The notes under the pieces: generated by a model
What the model was told of the DNA's origin: nothing
The model's database searches: none
The model's input: the letters and a program-made list of their open reading frames with translations, nothing else
In this document: piece by piece, positions 23,885 through 35,825 of the stretch
How the letters are laid out: each line of letters opens with the position of its first letter
How positions within the stretch are numbered: the first letter of the stretch is position 1
Made by a program: the position numbers and the translations under genes
Source of the DNA: Guillardia theta CCMP2712
Taxonomy: Eukaryota > Protista > Cryptophyta
DNA: 64,000 bases
Assembly: GCF_000315625.1 (NCBI RefSeq)
Contig: NW_005434661.1
Coordinates: 298,878 to 362,877, forward strand
Direction: 5' to 3'

Positions 23885-24399
23885 GGTCAGATGCTTGGGC
23901 GCTCCCCACGCCCAAAAAGCAGTTTTATCTTTAAAATATTTTCTCTTAAAAATAAATAAAGGGCCTCACTTCAAAGGATTCATGAAGTTTGATTTTATAA
24001 ATTGTGACTTAGTACAAATACGTGTACCATTAATATATATATTAAGAGGAAAAATAGTTTTTACAGACCACTGGTAGTGCATTATCGTATCCGAAGATTC
24101 AGTATTGTACAAATTTTAATTTAAGTTATAATTTGTTTACTGAAGCTCTTAAAAGGTCCTTGTACAACAGTTTCAAAAACTATTTTAGTAAGCCAGTCTT
24201 CAGTACTAAACAACAGAACACCTGATGAACAACTGATTTTTTTGATACCAAGATGTTTTAGTTATCTTAGAAAAGAAGTCAGGATTTTCATTCGATAAGT
24301 ACCACTACTACCTATTTAACTTTCAAATTCTCATACGTATAGTTCTCGAAACATTCCGTTAAAATTTCGTAAATGACTACGTCATCTAGAAATCTGTTT

Positions 24400-25015
24400 T
24401 GAGCTGAGTTGGTCACTGTCACCCAGCCTGCCCGCCCGGCCACGGTGGCACTGTGACGGTGGCGCCGTGGTGACCGGGTGCCACGGTGACCACTCGACTC
24501 ATCGGACTCTTCGCCGTGGGCGCGGAGGATGCTAGAGTGCCCTGGCACCGTCCGACCGGGTGGCCGGCGCGGGCGGCGGCGCAGACCGTACGGTTTCAAC
24601 CAAGTTGTGACTCCCCTTCGCGAGTCGAGGCTAGTAACTTGAATCACCGTGACGGTCAGAACTGGCCGTTCCGTCAAACCGTTGAATCGTGAACAGTGCG
24701 GTTCAGTCGGACTTGACTCAGTCCCAGTGAAGCGACGGTCTGATTGGATCACATCACTGATGTGACGCCCGGCCGGGTGCCCAAACTGACGGTCCCAGAG
24801 TCCGACTCTCCCGGCCGCCCCCCCGGGCCGGCCCGGGCCCCGCCTGTCCGACGGTCAGCCCCAGGCGCCGCGCGCGGGCCTCCGGCTAGGAATCGGGCCG
24901 AGCCGTTCAACCGACTCCGAGTACGGTCCGCCGGACTCCGGATCACTGGTGCCGTATTGAACTTATCGGAACGGTTAGCGCCGGGCCGGGGCCCGGGCTG
25001 CCCAGGCCGGCTCTT
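24400..25015. promoter_or_regulatory. GC/CpG-rich intergenic island with CCGG palindromes and GACTC/GAGTC words, between divergent genes
   Basis: Perfect palindrome CCCGGGCCGGCCCGGG at 24822-24837; similar islands at 38260-38520 and 60000-60120. A regulatory role is inferred from position only. Confidence 0.45.
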
Positions 25016-25094
25016 TACTCTGGCACTATTCCAATTTTTTTGAACTTGACTCGATTGGTGGGAGAAGGCGTGTACAACAGACGGAGTAGGAGTA

Positions 25095-26657
25095 GTGAGA
25101 GGGAGCTTGCCTTCAAGTTCCCCACGTCAACTAGACCAGCCGATCGGAAGCATCCACTGCAAGAGGCATCTCCGGCGTCTCTCCTCCAGCTATCTACATA
25201 GTCTGTCAAGGATACTGATAGCCACCTTCGGGAGCTGCACTGCAGAGTTTGATTCGAGTCAGGGCCAGGTGCAAACAGTCAGATTCATAGACTGAGTGAT
25301 GTTGATGGGTGCATATTCTGCGATTCGATACAAAGAAGTTCCTCATATCATGACTCAGAATGCTATAACAGAGGCTCAACACAACCAGACGATGATGACC
25401 CTGATGAAAACACATTCACATTTGCAGGCGTCAGAAACCTCCATCCTGAAGCAGGGCAGCTCAACAAATGGACTGGATTTGGATCGACAGAAAAATTCAG
25501 GGTTGGCTGGCGACGCCAGTATTCACTGGCATATCAGCAGGTTGGAACAAAGCTACGAGTCTCGAGAAAAATGGTTATCCCCTTCAGAATCTGCTATTGC
25601 CATTCGGATTCATGCGATGCTGCTCCACTGGTTTGCGAGGCTTGGCTGGAATTGTGAGTCCAAGAAGACATGCGAGAGTAGTATCATCCACATGTTGGAA
25701 CTCACATTCAAGGAAATCGAAAAGCTGCAGAATGAGAACTTGAAGTACAAGCATTTGTCACAAGATGATTCATATGGCTCCGAACTTCGCTCGATTTCGA
25801 GGATCAACGACTCAGCTCACACCAAGAGCATACATGTGTCCGAGCCGAAGAAATCTCCGAGGTATGAACTCATGTTGGAAACTCTTTGAGTTGTGGTTGG
25901 GTGGTGCGATCCGAAATTCGAAAATGATGTGAATTTTTCTTGCAGCCTTTGTGTCGAATCGAGTAACCCGTCCCTTCTAAACTACCAAAGGAACAAATAT
26001 TTTCCTGTTGCTGTGGATATAGGTGAAAGATGAATGTGCTTGTTCGCAAGATGACGAGCAACACATGATCCAGAGAGCGAAGCTATGCGAAATTTTGTCG
26101 ACCTTGGGGAGATGTCGGTAAAGTGTGCTTTTTACGTGCGACATCGACCTCAAAGGATAGCGTCTTTCCAGGAACTTGCTGCATCCAGACGGGATCGAAG
26201 TCATCAGGAGCTGGATGAAGAAGATATCAGCAAGTGCGACCAAATAACTAGAGGGGAGGGGATGAGTTGGAGATGACACGTTGAACAGGTTGCGATTTCA
26301 GATGAATGCAACCATTGAAGAATTACACAAAAGCGTCAACTCCATGCGAGATCAAAGCTCTGACTTCGATGATCCCATCGAATCAAGTCGATTCAGAAGT
26401 TCACGCGGAGAGTTCCTTCCTGCCGAAGACGAGCCCACAGAAAACTTGCGACAGGTTGAGGCAAGTTTGGACGATGTGTCGAGAAGTCTTTCGGTGATGG
26501 CCGGGAGGTAGCATGTTCTCTCAGTGAGATGTCTTTCTTGATGCAGGCGCAAGAAAAAGCAGTGAACCTGCTGTCGATGGCGTTGGAAGGTTCTTTGAAA
26601 ACTGCAAAGCGTGAAGATGACATGAAGAGTTACATTCGTACTGCTAGACGAAAGTAA
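25095..26657 (+). CDS. Hypothetical multi-exon protein with coiled-coil segments
   Basis: 197-aa ORF 25296-25889 plus downstream GT-AG-joined exons; start uncertain; no family recognised. Confidence 0.5.
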
Positions 26658-27624
26658 ACACAGCAGTCCAACAAAGTGTTGTGATAAAACTAACCCTTGC
26701 ATCACTGCTACACTGAACATGTACCAAGCACAGTTTTGAAAAATAGAAAAGAATATAAGATGGATAACTTTGCAGCGCAGCTCAGCTCATGATTTATTCG
26801 ATTGAATGGCAGCGACGTAAAAAGCTAATGAATTTGATTGAAGAAAGAATAAGAAAGCATGCAGTCAAATGAAAAAAAGCTATGTGAGAATAACATTGCT
26901 TTCGGTATCAAACTTTTTCATCGTTCCTCTCCTCCATCGACTGTTCCTTTGCCTCTTTTTCCTGCAATCCAACATGAAGTTCAGCGCCATCGTGGGAGGC
27001 ATCATACAGAAAAAATTATATCCTCGACCCGCGACGAAGACGAGAAAGGAGGGATCGCACACGCACCTTCTTTCCCTTGTTCCTTGGGTTCATGCAGTGA
27101 TCCGGATGACATATGAGTAGCCCGCATGCCGGCAGAACCCCCGTCATTGTCCACGGCATTGCCGCTATATCCGTCGGGGATTGTACAGAACATGCAAGTG
27201 GGGTGGGGTGCACCGGGTACGGGTACCTATCATTCAGTGTTCCTCTAGAATAGGGGGGTAGTACTTCGAATTTTGGTGCCAAGTAGACATGTGGGGAGAT
27301 ATGAAAGAAAGGGGTAGTTTGATGGTTTGGGAAGGGGTGGGGTGATTGGATGTAGCTTTGCTGGCTAGAAGAATGGCGGAGTGATAGAGCATCGCAGGAG
27401 TGGAAGCAGAGGAAGGAGAGAAGAGAAGGTCGCAACGAGTGTGAGAAATGCGAGAGGGACAACAGAAGGAGCAGGATCAAGCTGTGGATATCGGAGTATG
27501 CGCATGTAGCTGACAGAAAATCGAAACGAACAAGGTGACAAACATCGCAAGGGACACAGGAGGAGACATTTTAGGTGGAATCTTTGACAGCAAAGGAATC
27601 CCTTTCCCCTCATCCCCTTAAGAG

Positions 27625-30600
27625 ATGGACGGGCTAAGTGGATGGTTTGATCCCCTGCTGTCGGACAAGATGCCAAGCTGGCTGCAGGCATGCACAGCTC
27701 CAAGGTCAGCGAAAGCGCTCATGGTGAAATGGGATGGTGCCCCCAGGTCATTCAAGATGGCAGCGAGTGTTGTACGGCAGCATGGTGACCCGGAGTTTCT
27801 CCGGCTGAAGGAGGTCGACCTCCCAGAGGAGCTGAACGAGCATGAGCTCTTGATTGAAGTGCACGCCTCAAGCGTGAATCATGTTGACTGCCGGCTGCGA
27901 CAGGGCGTTGCTGAGAAGGAGGGCGTCTTGTCGGTACCGGCAGTGCTGGGGATAGATTTCAGCGGTATCGTGAGGAAGGTTGGAAGCAAAGTAGAAAGAT
28001 TCAAGATCGGAGAGAGCGTGTTCGGGATACAGCAGGTTGCGAGGATCATAGCAGGAAGGAACGGCACCTATGCTGAATGGTGTGTCGTGCATGAAGATGA
28101 TGCAGCTACCAAACCAAAGAGTCTGACTTTCGAGCAAGCAGCTGTGGTCCCCATGGCAGGTCTGACAGCGTGGACAGCGTTGATCCAGGGTGGTCTCGAC
28201 CAGCGGGAGGGAAAGAAAGTTGTGATAATCGGAGGATGTGGGGGTGTAGGATCCTTTGCAACGCAGTTCGCGAAGCGTTACTATCGGGCATTCGTGGTAG
28301 TCTGCTGTGCAAGCAAGCATGTGGATCTGGCAAAGAAGATAGGAGCTGATGAGGTCATCGAGTACTCCAAAGGCGACTGGAAAGGATCGTGTGCCAAATA
28401 CAGAGAATTCGACCTGGTGTTGGACTGCGTCGGGCTGGATGAGTACTGGGAAGTGTTCGGACGTGAGGTGCTGGGAAGCGATGGAAAGTACATTGCTCTA
28501 AATGCATTGAGACACAGTTTGCAAGACAGTGTGAAGAAGTTGAACAGAGACATGGATGAGGAGATCGAGGAGGAGGACGAGGACGAGGAGGACGAGGAGG
28601 AGTATTCCTTCGAGCGTCTCGCTACCGAGCGGATGATTGCAGCAAAGAGCCGTGTTCTCAACATAGGAGGCGGGATATTTTCTGGTTTCCGCTTGTTTCA
28701 GTTCAAGGATGTGAAGCTTTCGAGCTTGCAAGAAATCGGAGAACTGTTAGAAGACGGGACTGTTAAGTGCATCATCCAAGAAATTTATGACCTGACAGAC
28801 ATGGACCGGGCCCATGAGACTCTGGAAACTTTCCACACAGGGGGGAAACTTTGCGTCAGAATCCGAAGGCCATGGGAAAGGGAAAGCGTTCAAAACTTTG
28901 AGCTGGGAGAGTCGAGCGGCACAGCAGAGCCTGCCGCTGCTTCGCCGCAAGGTAGACCGAAGGCTGCCATCCCTTCGTCCTCCCTTGGGCCCAATGTCAG
29001 TGTAACTGCGGAGGTAATCGAGCTGAACAAGAATCAAAAAGCGAGGAATTTGATGGAGGCTGCCGACGACCCGCTGCCTCCAGGCTGGGAGTCTTCCTGT
29101 GATGAGGACGGGGTTATCTACTACTACAGTCATGAATTGGGGATATCCCAGTACGAGCACCCTGCCACGGTGATCAAGCACGAGAACGTGGTTGCCTCAC
29201 CGTCCTTGCATGCCTATGAAGAGGAAGGAGAAATTGAGGAGGAGGAGGAGGAGGAGGAGGAGGAGGAGGAGGAGGAAATCGATGTTGAGGAAGAAGAAGT
29301 ACGACGTCGATCCAGAGTTCGTTTTGCTGTACCGAACGATACACCAGCAACAAGAAACGATCGAAATAAGGAAGCAACTCCCAAAGACACAATACAACAA
29401 GGTTCAAGAGATGCTACTGCGCTCGAAATGGATCGTCAGGCATCAACTGCTTCAGCCTCTGGACAAAGCTGTGGCGTCGGCATAGCCCTCGGACTCAATG
29501 GTCGAAAGCAGTTCTACATCAAGAGGTTGGAGGCTGGGGGTTCTGCAGAGCGATCAGGGGAAGTCAAGATAGGAGACGTCCTGCTAGGGGTCAACTCGAA
29601 TGCCGTCACTGGCCTCGCCTTCCCTGACCTGTCGAAGATCGTCCTTGGACCAGAGGGAAGTCACTTGATTCTAACCCTACAGGACAAGGACTCCGGAGCT
29701 GTCAGTCAAGTGAAGCTTGCAAGATCTATGAGCGTCAACCCTGGCTTGAAGCAAGCCATGGATTCGTCACCCGTTGCCACGACAGAGAACGGAGTGAAGA
29801 GATCCGTTGACACCGCTGAGCCTCCGGTAATTTGACTTTGACTGATTTTGAAGGACTCATGAGGGCTGGCGCGTTTGACAGGGTACAAGAGCTCCGCAGG
29901 TGACTCTTAGGGAGCCCAGCAGGGTGTACGACTTCGCCTCCAGCTCTCCCTCAACCAAAGTTGAGATCACACCCATCAAGAAGAACGACGATATCCCTGC
30001 TAAGCTCAAGGTACACTCTGTGCTGCTCTCCGGGCAAATGTGCAAGAGGTCTGACTGCCGGTCGCAGGAGAAAGGTGGGAAGGTTTTGCAGTTCCCAAAG
30101 GTTCTTCAGGCTCACCCCGTCAAGCTCGGTGACAAGAGTAGGGAGCACAACGATCGAATGGTGGGACATCCCTCTCAACCTGTCCCGGAAGCAAACGTCT
30201 ATCACGCTCAATCTTCTCCCGTTCCCGCTCGTCAATTTCAACCAACTGCTTCCCTTGGAATTTCGCAGGTCTCTTCTCCTCAAGCCTTCATGCCGGCCAC
30301 TTCACATATCCCCTTGCGATCTCCTCACGCTCCCTTCCTGCCAGCGAGCAAACCGAGCGAAGCGAGAGGTGCGAGGCTGACCAGCATGGAGGAGGTGAAC
30401 TCTGCACTGCTGCATCGAACGCCCGCGGCTCCACCAGAAAATCAGCCGGCAAAGGGGAAGGGAAACATAGGCAGGCTGACAAGCATGCACGAGATCGATG
30501 CCGCCCTCGGCTCCTCGAGCTTCCCGCCGCCGGAGACTGTGGAGTACATGGATGTACCCACTGTGACAGTGAAGAGCACGAAGCCTGAGTCTCTCGAAGC

Positions 30601-31123
30601 GAAGCAAGCACTCTTTGAGCAGCAGCAGAGCAAGAAGAAATCTTCGCTAGCAGCGCGTCTGACAAGCATGCATGAAGTGGACCAGAACGAGGCGAGCAAG
30701 GCAGATCAGCTGTCCAAGCATGCATTGTTCGAGAAGAATCACCCCAAGCAGGAGCCAGCGGCCGCGGCGCCAGCACAGACTCTGTCCCAGCAGCTCCAAG
30801 GTTAGTCCGTCGTTTTTGAGGTGCTCGAGGAGCTAACGAGAAAGCAGAGCAAGCGCAGGTTTCGAGCGCCCAGAAGAAGAAGAACGCTTCTCGGCTCACC
30901 ACCATGTTCGACGTGGTGAGTCGCTCAGAGGAGGTGGTGGACCCACAGGCTCTCACTGCTTGCAGGACACTGCCATGGTCGGTGCTCAGCTTGCATCGAA
31001 GCTTCAGAATTCAGCCTCACAGGACCCGAGAATGGTGAAGTTCCTCCAGGTCTGCTTGCTTGCTCCAGTCTCCCTCCCTGCTCTCGCTGATTGAAACCGT
31101 CGTCACAGGAGCATGGAAGCTGA
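27625..31123 (+). CDS. Zn-independent MDR/quinone oxidoreductase (RTN4IP1-like) fused to WW and PDZ domains and a repeat-containing tail
   Basis: LIEVHASSVNHVD; LGIDFSGIV; GTYAEW; AAVVPMAGLTAW; IIGGCGGVGSFATQ; GGKLCV. WW: LPPGWESSCDEDGVIYYYSHELGISQYEHP. PDZ: GVGIAL...GSAERSGEVKIGDVLLGVN. Confidence 0.88.
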
Positions 31124-31865
31124 CAAGCCAGTCCGACTGTCGATGTTCTTGTTTGTAATGTATTTTTAATCAAGTTTTGTGACCCGCTCCTCCACCTCTC
31201 CTTTACCTCGACCTTACTAAGTGACGATCAGTACTAGTAGCGGGGGGGGGGGGGCATCCAACATCATTTCAAGTTCCGGGCTTGTTACAATCGTGGTCTG
31301 GAACTGACTCAAGACCACTTTGCCGAAGAGTGCCTGCCCCGTGACCTTACTGTACCGTGACGAGGCCGCCAAAAATACATGCCAACGTGACACATACGCA
31401 ATGAACTTGTGACATGTTGGCACACACATTAAGTTAAGTAGAAAAGACTTGAAGGAACTGTTGTGTTTACAAACGGCATATTCAATGTGATATACTAGGC
31501 TACACAATGGAAACTTCCTCAAAAATTTTGAGCTGGGCTGACAGTCGGACTGTCGCAACTCCGTAGGCGGCTCAGGACATTACTACGGTTACAGTAACGG
31601 CGTCTGAAACGGACGGTCGCCAACATTGGGTCAGTAAGGGGAAGAGGGCAAGGATCAGCCAATAGAGGGATAGGGATGAAAGGGGATGAGGGATTCAAGG
31701 TAGCGCAATGGAGGGAGGACGATGGAGATGAGACCGATGACGGAAGCGAGTGACTAGAGCAGGAGGAGGAGAGACGCAGGGGGAGAGAGCAGAGAGGAAG
31801 CGAGAGAGAGAAGGAGGACAAGCAGGGACAGGGCAGGCAAGTCAGATCGCTCGACCACCCGCACG

Positions 31866-34408
31866 ATGAGCCATCGTTCGCCGTTTTCAACAGGATTTGT
31901 TGGAATGTTGAGATTCCCGGTCCGAGCCTGCAAGGATCAGGCGCTATTCCACGCTCACACCTCGCGCCATCGATGCAGATACTTCAGTGCTGGCGGTGAG
32001 AAAGCGAATGGGGGCGGTGGGAAGGCATGGAAGTCCTTCGCTGGAGCCGGGCTCGTGTCTGTGGGGCTAGTGTCTGCTGGAGTGATCGTGCAGTCTGGAG
32101 GCTACAAAAAGGCGGCAGAGAGGGTAGAGATCGTCACGACGTCGGTCACAAGAGCATGCCGGAGTTTCTGGGTCCTCGGGAAAGTGGCTGTGGACTACAA
32201 GAGAACCATCTTCCTGTACAAGTCCACCGACCAGTACAAGGAGGAGCTATCGAAGTGCCACCGGTGAGTCCACAAGCGTGCAGGAGGGGTGGTGCAGTGA
32301 CGTGTGAGGTCCTCTCGAGCAGGCGGTCAGCCGATGAGCTGCTGCGGCTGTGCCAGAAACAGGCGGGGGTCTACATCAAAGTCAGTTCGACATGCGCCAC
32401 GAGGTGTTTGTGACGCCGTGATGGGACAGGCTGGACAGCATATCTCGTCCTTGCGGCCGGTCATCCCGGCAGAGTTCACGGACACGCTGTCCTGCCTCTG
32501 CGACAAGGCACCGCAGAGCACGTTGCAGGACGTGGAGAGGGTGTTCCGGTGCGTGAGTTTGTTGATTTGCTGGAAGAGGAGGAAGTGAGAGGGGGAGATG
32601 CTGAGGTTGAGAATCAGCGATGACATCGGGATGGAGATGAGCGACGTCTTCGAGGACTTTGATCCCGTCCCTGTGGGATGCGCGTCTCTCGCACAGGTTG
32701 GAGGAGGAGGAGGAGGAGGAGGGGGGGTGGTTGGGGTGAAGAGACTCGAGGTACCCGCCAACGTCCGTTCTCGCAGGTTCACAAGGCTCGTCTGAAGAAG
32801 CGTTCAGCTCTTCCTGAGCAGTTCCCCGAGACCGGTGTGTGAGGATGGAGGGCGAGGACGGGAGCCGCTGAGGGTGCCGTGCTGGCAGTTGCGGTCAAAG
32901 TTCAGCATTCTTGGATGAGTCAGCACACTGAGAGCGATCTCCTTGCGGTGGAGGTTGTTGCTGCAGGTCTGCAGCCTCGCTATAGCTTCCCCACCCGCTG
33001 ACCCTCCTGTCCTGCAGTGATCGAGCTGCTGTTCAAGGGAGTTCAGGTCTGCTGAAACTCTTTGCTGGAGCTCTACCTGCCTCGCCCGACTGTCTGACCC
33101 CCGTGAAGGTCAAGTGGATTCTTCCTGTTTTCCGATCCAACCTCGACACCGAGCTTGATTTTCGGTAGCCGTTGTGTCTGCTGCTGAGGGCGGGAAGGGG
33201 GAGATGGGGGCTGAAGCCTCGGTGTTGTTCTCGTCAGGTCTGAGTGTGCCAACTTGAAGCAATGCGCGTACAACTTCAGGAACGATGTCGACATCCGCGT
33301 GAGTTCCTTTCCTTGCAGCCAGCTCTTGCTTGCATGCTTGCTGTCCCCTCGTTCCGAACTTGACGAGGTCGATGCAGGTCCCGTTGCTGGTGGAGCATCT
33401 TTGTTCCAAGCGCGTCCTCACCATGGAGTTCATCGAGGGTGTCAAGGTATGGCTCTTGACCTGTTAGCATGCTCCTGATCCGGAACAAGATCGACGATAA
33501 GGAGAAGCTTATTCAGCAAGGAATCGACCCGACCAAGGTTGCTCAGTCCGTCACCAAGGTGTCTCGTCTCCTGCTCTCCTCCTGCTCCTTGACGTTCTCC
33601 ATCGAAAAGCTGTTTGGGGAGATGATCTTCCTGCACGGTTTTGTCCACTGCGATCCTCACCCGGGGAACATGCTCGTCCAAAAAGTCACCAACGGTCGGA
33701 CTGGCCGAAATTACAACTTGGTGAGCATGCAGGAGGAAGGGGATGAGGAGGAGGAGGTAGCGGCGGTGAAGCATGAAGGGAGGAAAGGCTTCGAGCAACA
33801 AGATATCATGAGTGTGGATCGTGCCGTGCGGTTGGGGTCCGGAGACTAGAAGGAGTAGTGAGAGAAGAGGGGTCAACAGTGGGGAAGAAGTCAGGTAGAG
33901 AGAGGGAGGAGGAAGAGGACGAATTGGAGGCGGAAGAGGAGAGGAGAGAGGGAGGGGAAGAGGAGAGGGGGAGGAGGAATCTGAAAGGAGGCTCCAGGTA
34001 GTGCTCGACCACGGGCTCTATCGGGAGATCTCGTCGGAGTCGAGGAAGACTTACTGCACTCTGTGGGAGGCGATGGTGCTGCAGGACAAGAGGAAGCTGG
34101 ATGAGGCAGGTTCATTTTCTCAGCTTCCTCGTGGTGACTGCCCAGCAGGTCTCCATGGAGATGGGGGTCGGCAAGTACGCGAAGCTGTTTCCCCTCATCT
34201 TCACCATGCGCTCCATAGACAGCAAAGTCAGGCTGGGCGAACGGTGAGCTGCATGCTCGTCGGTTGCGGTCGGTGAGACGGAGACAGTATGTCGTCGGAG
34301 GAGCGAACGAGGGTGCGCTCGGAGCTCGGAATCCCTGGCTTCACCAAGGTGATTCCCTCCTGCTGCTACTGCCACTGCTCCTCCTCCTCCTCCTCCTCCT
34401 CCTCCTCC

Positions 34409-34440
<32 letters not shown>

Positions 34441-35663
34441 CTCCTCTTCCTCCTCCTCTTCCTCCTCCTCCTCCTATTCCTCTTCCTCCTGCCTAACTCT
34501 TCTGATCCTTATGACCGTAGGATGACTTCGACTTGGTGGAGGTGACTTCCTCGGATCACTGGGCTCCTTCCTACCTCCCATCCCTCGCATTTTTCTCAAC
34601 CCTCGTCGCCTCTCCTCCTGCTCACTTGCTCCCTCCCCCCGCGCTTTCATCGATCCTTGTCTTGCCTTCTCTAGCAACGCACGCGATCTTTGAGTAGCAC
34701 TCCTGCCTCCTTCCTCGTGCTCCCCCTGTCTCTCCAGCTTCCTCATCTTCAGCTTCACCTGCCCGGCTTCTTTCCTTCACCTGCCTCACCATCAACCTTG
34801 AGCAGGTGTTGACGTTCATCGAAAAGATCCCCCGAGATCTGCTCTTTATCATCCGCACCCAGAACCTCGTCCGCGCTCTGTGCTCCGACCTTGGTGAGGA
34901 TGAAGGAGGAGTCAGGAGGAGGAGGAAGAGGAGGAGGAGGTGGTGGTGGTAGAGGAGCAGCAGATGGGCATGGCAGGAGGCTCATGAGGAGCAGCATGGT
35001 GATGTGCTGGGTGGCACGAGCTGCTTACAAGGTCCGCAGGACTTCGTCCGAGAGAACGATTCCGCATCTATGCAAGACTCGCGGCCGAGGGCAACGTAAG
35101 AAGAACGCTCCACCTGCCCTCCCTCCTGCTCCTGGCCGCTTCCCGCCCCCCACTCTCTTCTGACGCGCGCCGCCATGCCTCCCGTTCTCCTGACTATCTA
35201 CAGGTCCACGAGCACGAAGACTTGCTCGACAGCCGTCGTCTGCGCTTCTCGAACCTGCTCAGGAAGTGGCTGCGGGGGATCCAGTTCGAGGTCGGAGGGA
35301 GCGGACGGGGAGGGGGGGGACTGAGGCTGCGCAGGTGCACATGTTCTTCATTGAGGTGGCGCTGTGGTGCTACACCATGCTTCCTCGCGCACTCACCATC
35401 TTCAAATATGGTAGGAGCCTGATAAGAGGGGAGGGAAGGGGGGGGAGGGGAGGGGGAGGAGGGATGGAGTGGGAATGGGTAGAGGCAGGTCACGCAAAGA
35501 GGATGGGGGAGGGCTGAAGCAGACTGGTGAAAAGGAGGAGGGAGGGAAGAGAGCGGGAAGAGAGGACAGGCAGGAGGAGGAGGCTGCTGTTTTACTGACT
35601 GTGCTCTTAGATATGGATGAGCTTGTACCGGCCTCAGCCAAGACTGTTTATACAGGCGTGTAG
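31866..35663 (+). CDS. ABC1/UbiB (aarF/ADCK1-ADCK5-like) atypical kinase, probably mitochondrial
   Basis: GVYIKAGQHISS; LCDKAP; FDPVPVGCASLAQVHKA; AVKVQ; ELDF; LTMEFIEG; GFVHCDPHPGNMLV; LDHGLY; Arg-rich presequence-like N-terminus. Confidence 0.92.
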
Positions 35664-35825
35664 GGTTATATGGACAGGCGTGTAAGGCACAGGGTCAGCT
35701 GAACAGTGAAGACATTGGAACAGGAAAGCATTAAAAATCGTATTTACAAAGCTGAGGATGTAAGAAGCGAGAACCAGGACAGTGATGACGACCAGGCTAG
35801 ACGAGAAGGAGGAGATGGCTGGGAA

